Source of the DNA: the human T2T-CHM13v2.0 reference genome, Homo sapiens
Length of the DNA stretch: 64,000 nucleotides
NCBI RefSeq assembly: GCF_009914755.1
Contig: NC_060947.1
Direction: 5' to 3' (one strand)
Shown here: piece by piece, positions 1 through 13,268 of the stretch
Layout of the letters: each line of letters starts with the position of its first letter
How positions within the stretch are numbered: the stretch's first letter is position 1
The notes under the pieces: model-generated
Seen by the model: the letters and a program-made list of their open reading frames with translations, nothing else
The model's database searches: none
Told to the model about the DNA's origin: nothing
Translations under genes and position numbers: made by a program

Positions 1-360
1 AAAACAAAAAAAAAAAGGTGAGTCAAGTAATTATGCACATCAAATTCTTAATAACCTCCATAAAAAGACTTCTATGGTCAATTTCTCATTGCTTTAAGTT
101 TCCCAAATGAGTGGATGGGGCTCAGGGTGAAGGGTGAGTGGAAAATTGAAAGATGTGGATTATTTTTTCTTGGTGAGGCCAGTTTGAATTCTTTTAAACA
201 TTGCAGTAATATTTAGAATATTAGTCAATGATGTTAGAAAAGAGAGAAAAAGTGTGGAGGAATGATGCATCAGGTAGAATGACAATAAACAATAGTTCTT
301 GAAAGCCAGAGATAGAAAAGAATTAGTAGTCATCTGGAATGACAAAAAAGTTTTATTTTC

Positions 361-760
361 AGAATAAAATAACTAGGAATACAACTAACTAGGGAAGTGA
401 AAGATCTCTACAAAGAGAACTATAAAACACTGCTCAAAGAAATAAGAGATGACACAAATAAATGGAAAAGCATTTGATGCTCATGGATAGGAAGAATCAA
501 TATTGTAAAAATGGCCATATTGTCCAAAGCAATTTATAGATTCAATATGATTCCTACTAAATTACCATTGAGATTCTTTACAGAACTAGAAAAAAAAAAC
601 TATTTTAAAATTCATAAAAACCTAAAAAAAGGAGCCTGAATATCCAAGGCAATCCTAAGCAAAAGAAAAAAAGAAAAAAAAAAAAAAGCAGGAGGCATCA
701 TGCTACCCAACTTCAAACTACACTAGAGGGCTAAAGTAACCAAAACAGCATGCTACTGGT

Positions 761-804
<44 letters not shown>

Positions 805-2170
805 ATATAGATCAATAGAACAGAATAGAAAAGCCAGAAATAAGGTGCATACCCACAACTATATGATCTTTGACTAACCTGACAAGCACAATTAATAAGA
901 AAAGGATTCCCTATTCAATAAATGGTGCTTGGAGAAATGGCTAGCCACATGCAGATGATTGAAACTGGACCCCTTCCTTCCACCATGTACAAAAAATAAG
1001 ATGAATTCAAGACCTAAATATAAAACCCAATATCATAAAAACCCTGGAAGGCACCCTAGGCAAATAAAATTGAGGACATAGAAAGGGGCAAACATTTCAT
1101 GATGAAGTTGTCAAAAGTGATTGCAACAAAAGCGAAAATTGACAAATGAGATCTAATTAAACTGAAGAGTTTCTGCCCAGCAAAGATAACTATCAACAGA
1201 GTAAACAGACAACCTGCAGAATAGGAGAAAATTTTTGCAAACTATGCATCTGTCAAAGGTCTAATATCCAGAATCTAGAAGGAACTTAAACAAATTTACA
1301 AGAGAAAATCAAACAACCCAATTAAAAAGTGGGCAATGGACATAAACAGACACTTTTCAAAAGAAGACATACATGCGGCCAACAAGCATATGAAAAAGAG
1401 CTCAACATCACTGATCATTGGAGAAATGCAATGACAACCATAATGAGATACCATCTCACACCAATTAGAATGGCTATTATTAAAGAGTCAAAAAAAAAAA
1501 AAAAAACCCAGATGCTGACAAGGCTGTGGACAAAAAGGAATGCTTATACACTGTCGTTGGGAGTGTGAATTAGTTCAGCCATTTTGGAACACATTGTGGC
1601 GATTCCTCAAAGACCTAAAAACAGAAATACCATTTGACCCAGCAATCCCGTTACTGCATACATGCCCACAGGAATATAAATGGTTTTATTGTAAAGATGC
1701 ATGCACAAGTTTGTTCATTGCAGCACTGTTCACAATAGCAAAGACATAGAATCAACCTAAATGCCCATCAACGATAGATTTGATAAGAAAAATATGGTAC
1801 ATATACACCATGGAATTCTATGTGGCCATAAAAAGAATGGGATCATGTCCTTTGCAGGAACATGGATGGAACTGGAGGCCATTATCTTTAGCAAACTAAT
1901 ATAGGGACAGAATACAAAATATCACATGGTATAACTTATAAGTGGGAGCTAAATGATCAGAACACATGGACAGGAAGAGAACAACAGACACCGAGACCTT
2001 TTGGAGGGTGGAGGGTGGGAAGAGGGAGAGTATCAGGAAAAATAACTAATGGGTAATAGGCTTAATGCCTGGTTGATGAAATAATCTGTACAACGAATCC
2101 CCATGACACAAGTTTGCCTGTATGAAAAATGTGCTCTTGTACTCTGGAATGTAAAATAAAAGTTAAAAAA
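361..2170 (+). mobile_element. 5'-truncated LINE-1 (L1PA13-16-like), ORF2 3' part plus 3'UTR
   Basis: ORF2 C-terminal homology ([14 protein letters not shown]; [11 protein letters not shown]). The 3'UTR reads 'aggaaaaataactaatgggtaataggcttaat...gtaaaataaaagtt'. A 17-bp TSD aaaaaagt(t/g)ttattttc lies at 344-360 and 2165-2181. Confidence 0.92.
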
Positions 2171-3204
2171 GTGTTATTTTCTTTGCACACAAGTCAATTG
2201 GTTTTGGTTTCTAGGGCTGTGAAAGTTTATTTGATCATATCTAGGGTCAGCAAAGCATAATAGCATGATGAATTATACATGTTTGCTTATTGTTATGTTT
2301 TTGCTGATCTCAGTGATTTCTAGCCTACCTTTATTTTTCTTTTAAATGGGATTTGAAAGGTTACAGAGCAGCAAAGACAGGACTAGAATCCAGGTCTTTT
2401 GACTTCTATTTTATTACCTTTTTCTACTATGTGATATGCCTTTGGTAAAAATGTTCTATAAAATCATATTTAGGAAGGTACAATCAGCAAATACCATCCA
2501 TTTACAAAAGAATTAACATGATTTTTAAAATTAGAATTAGGAGATTTTATTGGGACATCATCATTCTCCAGACATGTATCATTTGATACAGAGCTATGCA
2601 GAAATATTGAAACTCATAAAGGAAGATAAATTAGGGAATAATTATCTGTCTACATCATTAGTATATAATGTATTTAAATAGTCTATTTTCTCATAAAAAA
2701 TAACATAATATACATCATAAATATATGGCTTATAAATACCTTCAAAAGGAAACATCTATTACATGTTCTTTTGAGGAGAAAATAGCTGCTAATGAATGGC
2801 ATCAAAACAATAGGAATATTTGAATCAGAAAAAAAAATTAAAAATCCCTCCAACAGAACTGGGCTATATAGTAAATAGATTAGGAGAAGCGATGCTCTAA
2901 AAAGGTAATAATTAAATAATCTGAATATGTGCACATCATCAGACTCAAGAGTATAAAACTAATCAATAGAGAAGAAATCAGGTATAATTTTTAAAACAAG
3001 ACAGAAACAGTCTTAATAATGAAATGAAAGAGTGTAACTGTTATAAAATAAAATAAAACATATCAACATAATTCTTAAAATTACAAGTATATATATTTAT
3101 TGCAACAATTAAAACAATATATGAATGTATTTTAAAAGTTTAATTTCCAATAATCCCCCTATCCCTTTTCCTATTAACTTTCTCCCTGAGATAACTGACA
3201 ACAG

Positions 3205-3570
3205 CTGCCTAGTTCGTATCTGAGACTTGGTAATTTATAAAGAACAGAAATTTATTTTTCACGGTCTTGGAAACTGGGAAGTCCAAGAGCAAGGCACAGC
3301 AGGTTAAGGCATGGTCTCTCGGCTTCCAGGATGATACTTTGAATACCACATCTTTCGGAGAGGAGAAACACTATGTCATCTCATGTCACAAGAGCAAAAC
3401 AAAGAAAACCCACCCTTGCAAGCCTTTTTTATACAGGCATTAATTCATTCATGAGGATGGAGCCCTTATGACCTAAAAACCTCACTAAGTCTCCACCTCC
3501 CAACACTATGGCATTGAAGTTCAAGTTTCTAACACATAAATTGAGGGGAAGACCCATTAAAACTATAGCA
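3205..3570 (-). mobile_element. MaLR solo LTR (MLT1A/MSTD-like)
   Basis: 'gagacttggtaatttataaagaacagaaatttatttttcac...gggaagtccaaga...aaactatagca' is the typical reverse-strand MLT1A/MST LTR pattern. Confidence 0.8.
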
Positions 3571-3879
3571 GCATTGGTGTAGATATTACAGCTTTTTCGG
3601 TTATCTACTTTGTTATTTCCAAATTTGTTGTTTAGGTATTGATTTTGTTTAAAGCACCTTTTGCCTTAGAAAAATTATTAACTTTTGTAAATGAAAGTGC
3701 TTATTTCATTTTCTTTTACAGATATTAGGTTTCCTGTCTTGGTGATGAACTTATTTTCCAATCCTACATTGCTTATTTAGTCTTGTACATGTTTTAAGAT
3801 TTTTAGTTCATCATACATTGCTTTTAATTCATGTTCTTATTTTGATACATTGATGAATAGTATTATTATTTATTTTCTT

Positions 3880-4320
3880 AGGGATGTCTAGAGTCGTGAT
3901 TATCCCTTATATGAAATAAACTATTCTTTTACCACTGAATTGAAAAACCATTTTTTTACTATATTAAATTCTCATTTGTCATAGGATCTGTTTCTGAATT
4001 CTTTCCTTTGTTCCAGTAAAATATTTCTTTATTCCTATGTCTATACAATATTGACTTGATTATAATAGCTTTATAGAATATTTTGATATCTAGTAGGGCA
4101 AGTAATGCTTAATTATTACCTTTTATAATTTTCTTAGATATTCTGATCATTCTTTCAAATAAACTTTAAATAATTTGTGTTTCTAAAATAAACAGACTTA
4201 CTAATATAACTATAAGATTATATTTGGAATTTCATTAAATGCATATATTAATTTTAGGATAATTTACATTGTTGTGATATAAAATCTTCCTATATAGTAG
4301 TATAATATTTATTTTCAGTA
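3880..4320 (-). mobile_element. Old L1M ORF2 fragment
   Basis: Degenerate antisense ORF2 motifs ('ttataatagctttatag...ggaatttcattaaatgcatatattaattttagg...aaatcttcctat'). Confidence 0.55.
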
Positions 4321-5029
4321 TTTCAGCTAAGTCTTGAAAGAGAACATTATTTTTCAAATCATTATATTCTGTACTCAAAAAGTGTGACTCGGGTAAATAT
4401 AAGCTAACGGCCATTGTCTAAAATGACAATCAACAAATTCATGAGTCAATAGAAACAGTAGGACATAACTATGAAAAGAACATACATAGGCTTTGAATTT
4501 AATTTGATTTTGACTCTTGAACTTACTCTAGTCAATCAGTCTATCAGAGTCTTAGATTCCTCAACTGTAACAAGCATGTAATACATGACAGCGCTGTGAA
4601 TATTACATTCTGGTACCCAGAAAAGTGCCAAGTAAGCACATAAAAAATATTTAGTCATAAAATCCACTTTGTGATGCAATCTTCAAGTTTGGCAAGCTTC
4701 AATTGATTTTAATTTTGCTCTATTCATTAATATTATACACCTTAAATCTTTTCTGCTGTGTCTGTGTCTATATTAAAAAAACACCATATACGTAAATGAA
4801 TGTTTATACTTTAGGATTTCCAAATACATTTTTACTACCCATGTGGACAACTTATGTTAATTGAGTAGAACATAAAAAACATTGTTAATCACTGCATTAA
4901 CTTGCTATTTCTCTTTGCAGCTTTCAGAAACGGGGTGCTTTTTAACCTGAAGTATACACATATAATAAAGGCCCTTCAAATAGTATACATTAAATGGAAC
5001 ATTTTTTTCAGTGCTATTTTCTATATCTT

Positions 5030-5520
5030 ATTCGTTCATGTAAGCATTTATTTAAGTATTTAAGTATTCATTCACATAAGTATTTACAATGTACTTACTA
5101 TGTAGCAGGCACTCTGATAGGCAGTGAAAATAAAAGGATAAGCATACAGGAACAGTCCCTGACCTCATGGAGCTTATGCTATAACAGGGAGACAGAAAAC
5201 AGATAATTAAATATAAATTGATAAACTATAATCATGGTGAGTAGTATGAATTTAAAAAACCTGTAGGAGCATTTATGCAGTGAGAGAAGGAGAATCAAAA
5301 TTGAAACCTGAAGAATAGATATGTGTTAAGTAATTGAAGAAGGAATGAGGCCAGTGAGGCTAGAGAATAGAGCAAGAAGAGTAATACAAAATTAAGTTTG
5401 GAGAAACAGGAATGGAGCAAAATTTGGAAACTTATTGTAAGAACAACAGAAAGTTACTGTAAGATTTTGAATGGGAATAGTATAATTGAATCTATTATTT
5501 TAAGAAAATTACTGCAGAGT
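5030..5520 (-). mobile_element. L2 3' end fragment
   Basis: 'attcattcac...tacttactatgtagcaggcact...agtccctgacctcatggagctta' resembles the antisense L2a 3' end. Confidence 0.75.
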
Positions 5521-5929
5521 AGAAAATGAAGAAAGTCAAGAGCACGTATGAAAAGACCAAAATAAAATGATTATCCACTGAAATTTAAATGCTATCAGCT
5601 CAAGAAAGCTACATGAAAACATTTTTAGATGAATACAATTTTATTAATCAGCTTGATCTTTCTGTGGATTAGGATCACCTGGTTGTTAGTAGATTGGCAA
5701 CGAAACACATTGGTTCTATTTTCAGGACACCAGTGTTTTATGGTATCACACTTTGAAAACTTTTAGCATAGAAGCTGCAAGTGAATGTAAACAGGTAACT
5801 TTTGAATTTTCTGAATGCACTTATTGTGTTTTATATGATAATTAATGAGATACACTTTATTTTTATAATTTATAAATTAATGTTTAGATTTATAGCTTAG
5901 ATCTTGAAATATCTTGAGAAGATTGTTTA

Positions 5930-6170
5930 GAAGGACAGTAGACTTCATCATCAGACAAATCTGTATTTGAATCTCAATACTTTTACTTCATGTCTCAGTG
6001 ATCATCAGCAAATTATACAATCTCACTAAGCCTTGGTTTCCTTGCCTGTAAAATGGAGATACACCTTTCTAGATGTTCATTTTACAGATTATTATTGAGC
6101 TCTAATTTAATTAATGTGTATATGGTGCTGAAAACACTGTAATTGTACAGAAAATTTGTAGAGTAATAAA
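5930..6170 (+). mobile_element. MIR SINE
   Basis: MIR core 'aatctcactaagccttggtttccttgcctgtaaaatggagata'. Confidence 0.7.
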
Positions 6171-7507
6171 TTTGCTAATTAATAATGAGAATACAAATAA
6201 TAGGAATGATAATAAGAATAAGAATTATAATTCTATTAATAACAATAAAATAGTTTTAAGCTATTTTTATTAACAATAAAATACTTGTTGTTTTAGTATT
6301 TTATTCATTGCCAAACTGAATAAAAGAAAGTTCTTCTTGCCATACCTCTCAAAAAAAGGACATTAGAGAGAAAGAATCTTTGATGGTAGAAAAGTGAACA
6401 CATGGTGCTTCAAGATGCTTTCATCAAAGCTGAGCCATTAGAAGATCAGACAAGGAAAAACTACTCCTAAGCTATGATACATAGAGAAATTCTTCATTCA
6501 CAAAGTAGAAAATCTAGCTTTGTAGGAACAGAAATGTGAAGAGAAATCTTCAAAGAGAAAAGAAAAGGCTGAGCTGCTCAAAATCAGTCCATTTATTAAA
6601 AAAAAAGAATGTATTTCTTTTTATTTATGTCCATTTGCAGAATGATTAAAATCACAAACCCATTTTGCTTTAGTCCACAAAGCATTTATAATATCACATA
6701 CTGCCTGCAATGATTAATTTTATTAGTCATTTTTCCAGAGAAAATCTTTCAGATACAGAAATATCATTTATTCTCTTTTTAAAGATGAGTGAACTGAGTC
6801 AGCAAATTATTAAGCAGTTTCTAAAATGATAAAATTTGTGGATGACAGCTCTTCAATCAGTAAAGTTTATTCTCAGTCAAATTTTTAATTCTCAGCTCAC
6901 TGAACGTTGTTGACACATAAACCACATAAAATATAGAAGATGGCTAATAAAGCCTTGCATGCTATATCCAGTGTTTCTTCAGAGGACACAAGTATTTTTA
7001 TTTGTCATCACTTAAAATCGAGTATAATAAAGCCTTACTTCTCAGACAACTTATTAGCATACGCCAAAAATAGAAAGGAAATGAAAATGATTTCTGAGAA
7101 TTAAAATATATAGTGGAAATTGGCCAAATAGGAACAGCTCCGGTCTGCAACTCCCAGTGAGACCAAGGCAGAAGGCGGGTGATTTCTGCATTTCCAACTG
7201 AGGTACCCAGTTCATCTCACTGGGACAGGTCAGGCAGTGGGTGCAGCCCACGGAGGGCGAACAGAAGCAGGGTGGGGCATTGCTTCACCCGAGAAGTGCA
7301 AGGGACCAGGGACCTCCCTCCCCCCAGCCAAGGGAAGCCATGAGGAATTGTGTTACCCTGCCAGGTTACTATGCTTTTCCCACGTTTTTTTGCAATCTGC
7401 AGATCAGGAGATTCCCTCATGTGCCTATACCACCAGGGTCCTGGGTTTCAAGCACAAAACTGGGCGGCCGTTTGGGCAGACACCGAGCTAGCCATGGGAG
7501 ATTTTGT

Positions 7508-7726
7508 TCATACCACAGTGGAGCCTGGAACCCCAGGGAGATAGAACCGTTCACTCCCCTGGAAAGGGGGCTGAAGCCAGGGAGTCAAGTGGTCTCGCTC
7601 AGCGGCTCCCACTCCCGCAGAGCCCAGCAAGCTAAGAACCACTGTCATGAAATTCTTTTTGCCATCACAGCAATCTGAAGTTGACCTGGGATGATCAAGC
7701 TTGGTGGGGGCAGAGGCATCCGCCAT
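7508..7726 (-). CDS. L1 ORF0-like antisense ORF, 72 aa (translation unproven)
   Basis: ATG-initiated antisense ORF in the 5'UTR. Its N-terminus MADASAPTKLDHPRSTSDCC aligns with L1HS ORF0 MAGAPPPASLPPCSLISDCC. Confidence 0.45.
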   Translation of the reverse strand: MADASAPTKLDHPRSTSDCCDGKKNFMTVVLSLLGSAGVGAAERDHLTPWLQPPFQGSERFYLPGVPGSTVV

Positions 7727-8425
7727 TAATGAGGCCTTAGTAGGCAGTTTTCCCCTAACAGTGCTAAGGAGGCTGGGAGATCTGGGTTGGGCGCAGCAAA
7801 GCGGCTGTGGCCAGACTGCTTCTCTAGATTCCTCCTCATTGGGCAGGGTATCTCTGAAGGAAAGGTAACAGGCCCAGTCAGGGGCTTACAAACAAAACCC
7901 CCATTTCCCTGGGACAGAGCTCCTGGGGGAAAGTGCAGCTGTGGGCGCAGCTTCAGCGAATTTAATCGTTTTTGCCCGACAGCTCTGAAGACAACAGCTG
8001 ATCCTGACGAGGATTCTTCCAGCATAGCGCACCAGCTCTACTAAGGGACAGACTGCTTATTCAAGTGGGTCCCTGACCCCCAGGCCTCTTGGTTGGGAGA
8101 AACCTCCCAACAGGGGTCGACAGACACCTCATACAGGAGAGCTCCAGCTGGCATCAGGCTGGTGCCCCTCTGGGACCAAGCTTCCAGAGAAAGGAGCAGG
8201 CAGCAATCTTCACCCTTCTACAACTTCCACTGGTGATACCCAGGCAAACAGGATCTGGAGTGGACCTCCAGCATACTGCAGCAGACCTGCAGAAGAGACG
8301 CCTGTTAGAAGAAAAACTAACAAGCAGAAAGCAACAACATCAACATCAACATAAAGGACCCCTCCATAAAAACCCTATCCAAAGGTCTTCAGCCTCAAAG
8401 ATCAAAGGTAGATAAATTCATGAAG

Positions 8426-9433
8426 ATGAGGAAAAACCAGTGCAAAAACACTGAAAATTCCAAAATCAAGAATGCCCCTTCTCCAAATGATTGCAACTCC
8501 TCTCCAGCAAGGGCACAAAACTGAACGGATAATAAGATTGATGAATTGACAGAAGCAGGCTTCAGAAGGTTGGTAATAGCGAACTCCTCTGAACTAAAGG
8601 AGAATGTTCTAACCCAATGAAAGGAAGCTGAGAACCTTGATAAAAGGTTACAGGAACTGCTAACTAGAATAACCAGTTTAGAGAGGAACATAAATGACCA
8701 GATGGAGCTGAAAAACACAGCACAAGAACTTCGTGAAGCATACACAAGTATCAATAACCAAATCGATCTAGTAGAAGAAAAGATATCAGAGATTGAAGAT
8801 CAACTTACTGAAAAAAGGCATGAGGAAAAGATTAGAGAAACAATAATGAAAAGGAATGAACAAAGCCTCCAAGAAATATGGGACTATGTGAAAAGACCAA
8901 ACCAACGATTGATTGGTGTACCTGAAAGTAATGGGGAGAATGGAATCAAGTGGGAAAACACACTTCAGGATATGATCCAGGAGAACTTCCCAAACCTAGC
9001 AAGACAGGACAACATTCAACTTGAGGAAATAAAGAGACCAACACTAAGATACCCCTCGAGTAGAGCAACACCAAGACACATAATCGTCAGATTGTCCAAG
9101 GTTAAATTGAAGAAAAAAATGTTAAGTGTAGCCAGAGAGTAAGGTCAGGTCACCTACAAAGGAAAGTCCATCAGATTTCTTGCAGAAAACCTACAAGCCA
9201 GAAAGGGGGGGGGGTGTAATATTAACATTATTAAAGAAAATAATTTTCAAAGTAGAATTTCATATCCAGCCAAACTAAGCTTTATAAGTGAAGAAGAAAT
9301 AAAATCATTTCCAGACAAGCAAATGCTGAGGGATTTTGTCACCACCAGGCCTGCCTTAAGAGAGCTCCTGAAGGAACCACTAAATACAAAAAGGAAAAAG
9401 AGTTACCAGCCTCTGCATAAACACAAAATATAA
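8426..9433 (+). pseudogene. Disrupted L1 ORF1p
   Basis: ATG at 8426 (atgaggaaaaaccag). Segment MELKNTAQELREA...NEQSLQEIWDYVKRPN...QENFPNLARQ is recognisable. In-frame stops and frameshifts are present. Confidence 0.92.
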
Positions 9434-9496
9434 AGGCCAATGACACTATGAAGAAACTGCATCAAATAATGTTTAAAATAACCAGCTAGCATCATA

Positions 9497-12400
9497 ATGA
9501 CAGGATCCAATTCACGCATAACAATATTAACCTTAAATGTAAATGGGCTAAATGCTCCAATTAAAATGCAAAGACTGGCAAATTGGATAGAGTCAAGACC
9601 CATCTGTGTGCTGTATTCAGGAGACCCATCTCGTGTGCAAAGACACACATAGGCTCAAAATAAAGGGATGGAGGAATATTTACCAAGCAAATGGAAAGCA
9701 AAAAAAAAAAAAAAAAAAAAAAAAGCAGGGGTTTCAATGCTAGTCTCTGATAAAACAGACTTTAAACCGACAAAGATCAAAAAAGACAAAGACGGGCATT
9801 ACATAATGGTCAAGGGATCAATGCAACAGGAAGAGCTAACTATCCTAAATATATATGCATCCAAAATAGGAGCACCAAGATTCATAAAACAAGTTCTTAG
9901 AGACCTATGAAGAGACTTAGACTCCCACACAATAATAATGGGAGACTTTAACACCCCACTGTCAATATTAGATTGATCAATGAGACAGAAAATTAACAAG
10001 GATATTCAGGGCTTGAATTCAGCTCTGGACCAAGTGGACCTAATTGACATCTACAGAACTCTTCACCCCATATGAAAATAATATACATGTTTCTCAGCGC
10101 CACATAGCACATATTCTAAAATTGACCACAAAATTGGAAGTGAAACACTCCTCAGCAAATGCAAAAGAACAGAAATCATAACAAACAGTCTCTCAGACCA
10201 CAGTGCAATCAAATTAGAACTCAGGGTTAAAACTCACTCAAAACCACAACATTACATGGAAATTGAACAACCTGAATGATTACCGGGTAATAATAAAATT
10301 AAGGCAGAAATAAAGAAGTTCATTGAAACCAATGAGAAAAAAGAGACAACTTACCAGAATCACTGCGACACAACTAAAGCAGTGTTAAGAGGGAAGTTTA
10401 CAGCACTAAATGCCCACAACAGAAAGCTGGAAAGATCTAAAATCAACACCCTAACATGACAATTCTAAGAACTAGAGCAGCAAGAGCAAACAAATTCAAA
10501 TGCTAGCAGAAGACAAGAAATAACTAAGATCAGAGCAGAACTGAAGGAGATAGAGTCACAAAAACCTTTCAAAAAATCCATGAATCCAGGAGCTGTTTTT
10601 TTAATTAACAAAATAGATGGGCCACTAGCTAGACAAATAAAGGAAAGAAAGAAGAGTGAAATACACACAATAGACACAATAAAATATGATAACGGGATAT
10701 CACCACTGATCCCACAGAAATACAAACTACTATCAGAGAATACTACAAACACCTCTACCAAAAAAAAATTAGAAAATCTAGAAGAAATGGATAAACTCCT
10801 GGACACATACACCCTCCCAAGCCTAAACCAGGAAGAAGTCGAATTCCTGAACAGACGAATAACAAGTTGTGAAACTGAGGCAGTAATTAATAGACTACCA
10901 AACAAAAAAGCCCAGGACTGGACAGATTCACAGCCAAATTGTACCAGAGGTACAAGGAGGAGCTGGTATCATTCCTTCTGAAATTAATGCAAACAATTGA
11001 AAAAGGGACTCCTTCTTGACTCATTTTATGAGGCCAGCATCATCCTGATACCAAAACCTGGCAGAGACACAACAACGAAAAAGAAAATTTCAGGCCAATA
11101 TCCCTGGTGAACATTGATGCAAAAATCCTCAATAAAATACTGGCAAACCGAATCCAGCAGCACAACAAAATCTTATTTACCACAATCAAGTCAGCTTCAT
11201 CCCTGGGATGCAAGACTGGTTTAACATATGCAAATCAATAAACGTAATCCATCACATAAACACAACCAATGACAAAAACCACAAGATTATCTCAATAGAT
11301 GCAGAAAAGGCCTTTGATAAAATCCAGCATCCTTTCATGCTAAAAACTCTCAATAAACTAGGTATTGATGGAACTAATCTCAAAATAATAAGAGCTATTT
11401 ATGACAAACCCAGAGCCAATATCATGCTGAATGGGCAAAAGCTGGAAGCATTCCCTTTGAAAACTGGCACAAGACAAGGATGTCCTCTCTCAGCACTCCT
11501 ATTCAACATAGTATTGGAAGTTCTGGCCAGAGCAATCAGGCAAGAGAAAGAAATAAAGCATATTCAAATAAGAGGGGAAGTCAAATTGTCTCGGTTTGAA
11601 GATGACATGATTGTATATTTAGAAAACCCCATCATCTCAGCCCAAAAAACTCCTTAAGCTGTTAAGCAACTTCAGCAAAGTCTCGGGATACAAAATCAAC
11701 GTGCAAAAATCACAAGCATTCCTATACACCAACAATAGACAAGCAGAGAGCCAAATCATGAGTGAACTCCCATTCACAATTGCTACAAAGAGAATAAAAT
11801 ACCAAGTAATACAACTTACAAGGGATGTGGAGGACCTCTTCAAGGAGAACTACAAACCACTGCTCAAGGAAATAAGAGAGGACACAAACAAATGGGAAAA
11901 CAGTCCATGCTCATGGATAGGAAGAATCAATATTGTGAAAATGGCCATACTGCCTAAAGTAATTCATAGATTCAATGTTATTCCCATCAAGCTACCAGTG
12001 ACTTTCTTCACACAATTAGAAAAAAACTACTTTAAATTTCATATGGAACCAAAAAGAGTGCATATAGCCAAGACAATCCTAAGCAAAAAGAACAAAGCTG
12101 GAGACATCATGCTACCTGACTTCATACTATACTACAAGGCTACAGTAACCAAAACAACATGGTACTGGTACCTAAACAGATATATAGACCACAGGAAAAG
12201 AACAGAGACATTAGAAATAACAGCACACATGTACAACCATCTGGTCTTTGACAAACCTGACAAAAGCAAGCAACGGGGAAAGGATTCCCTATTTAATAAA
12301 TGGTGTTGGGAAAACTGGCTGGCCTTATGCAGAAAACAGAAACCGGACCCCTTCCTTACACCTTATACAAAAACTAACTCAAGATGGATTAAAGACTTAA

Positions 12401-13268
12401 ATGTAAAACCCCAAACCATAAAAACCCTAGAAGAAAACCTAGGCAATACCATTCAGGAAATAAGCATGGGCAAATACTTCAGTATTAAAACACCAAAAGC
12501 AATTGCAACAAAACCAAAATTGACTAATGGGCTCTAATCAAACTAGAGAGCTTCTGCACAGCAAAAGAAACTATCATCAGAGTGAACAGACAACTTACAG
12601 AATGGGAGAAAGTTTTTGCAAACTACCCATCTGACAAAGGTCTAATATCCAGAATCCACAAGGAACTTAAACAAATTTACAAGAAAAAAAAAACAACTCC
12701 ATCAAAAAATGGGCAAAAGACATAAACAGACACTTCTCAAAAGAAGACATTTATGTGGCCAATAAACATATGAAAAATAGCTCATCAACACTGCTCATTA
12801 GAGAAATGCAAATCAAAACCACAATAAGATACCATCTCACACCAGTTAGAATGGCGATATCCAAAAGACAGGAAAAAAACAGATGCTGGCGAGGCTGTGG
12901 AGAAATAGGAACACTTTTACACCGTTGATGTGAGTGTAGCTTAGTTCAACCATTGTGGAAGACAATCTGGTGATTCCTCAAGGATCTAGAACAAGAAATA
13001 CCATTTGACCCAGCAATCTCACTACTGAGTATATACCCAAAGGATTATAAATTATTCTACTATAAATACACATGCACACATATGTTTATTGCAGCACTAT
13101 TTACAATAGCAAAGACCTGGAACCAACCAACCATGGAATACTATGCAGCCATAAAAAATGAGTTCATGTCCTTTGCAGGGATATGGATGAAGCTGGAAGT
13201 CATTCTCAGAAACCAACACAGAACATAAAACCAAACACCGCATGTTCTCACTCATAAGTGGGAGTTGA
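9497..13268 (+). pseudogene. Disrupted L1 ORF2p (endonuclease/reverse transcriptase)
   Basis: ATG ACA GGA TCC AAT at 9497. RT motifs [25 protein letters not shown] and FEDD (consensus FADD). Several frameshifts and a ~50-bp deletion near 13130. Confidence 0.94.

Noticed and set aside
762-792. Long internal A-runs in L1s (also 9700-9724, T-run 48568-48608)
   Set aside because: Ordinary slippage expansion of short A-tracts; the flanks are continuous with the host element and lack TSDs.
7054-8415. Cluster of other overlapping ORFs in GC-rich DNA
   Set aside because: These are incidental frames in the L1 5'UTR. Only 7508-7726 resembles a known product.
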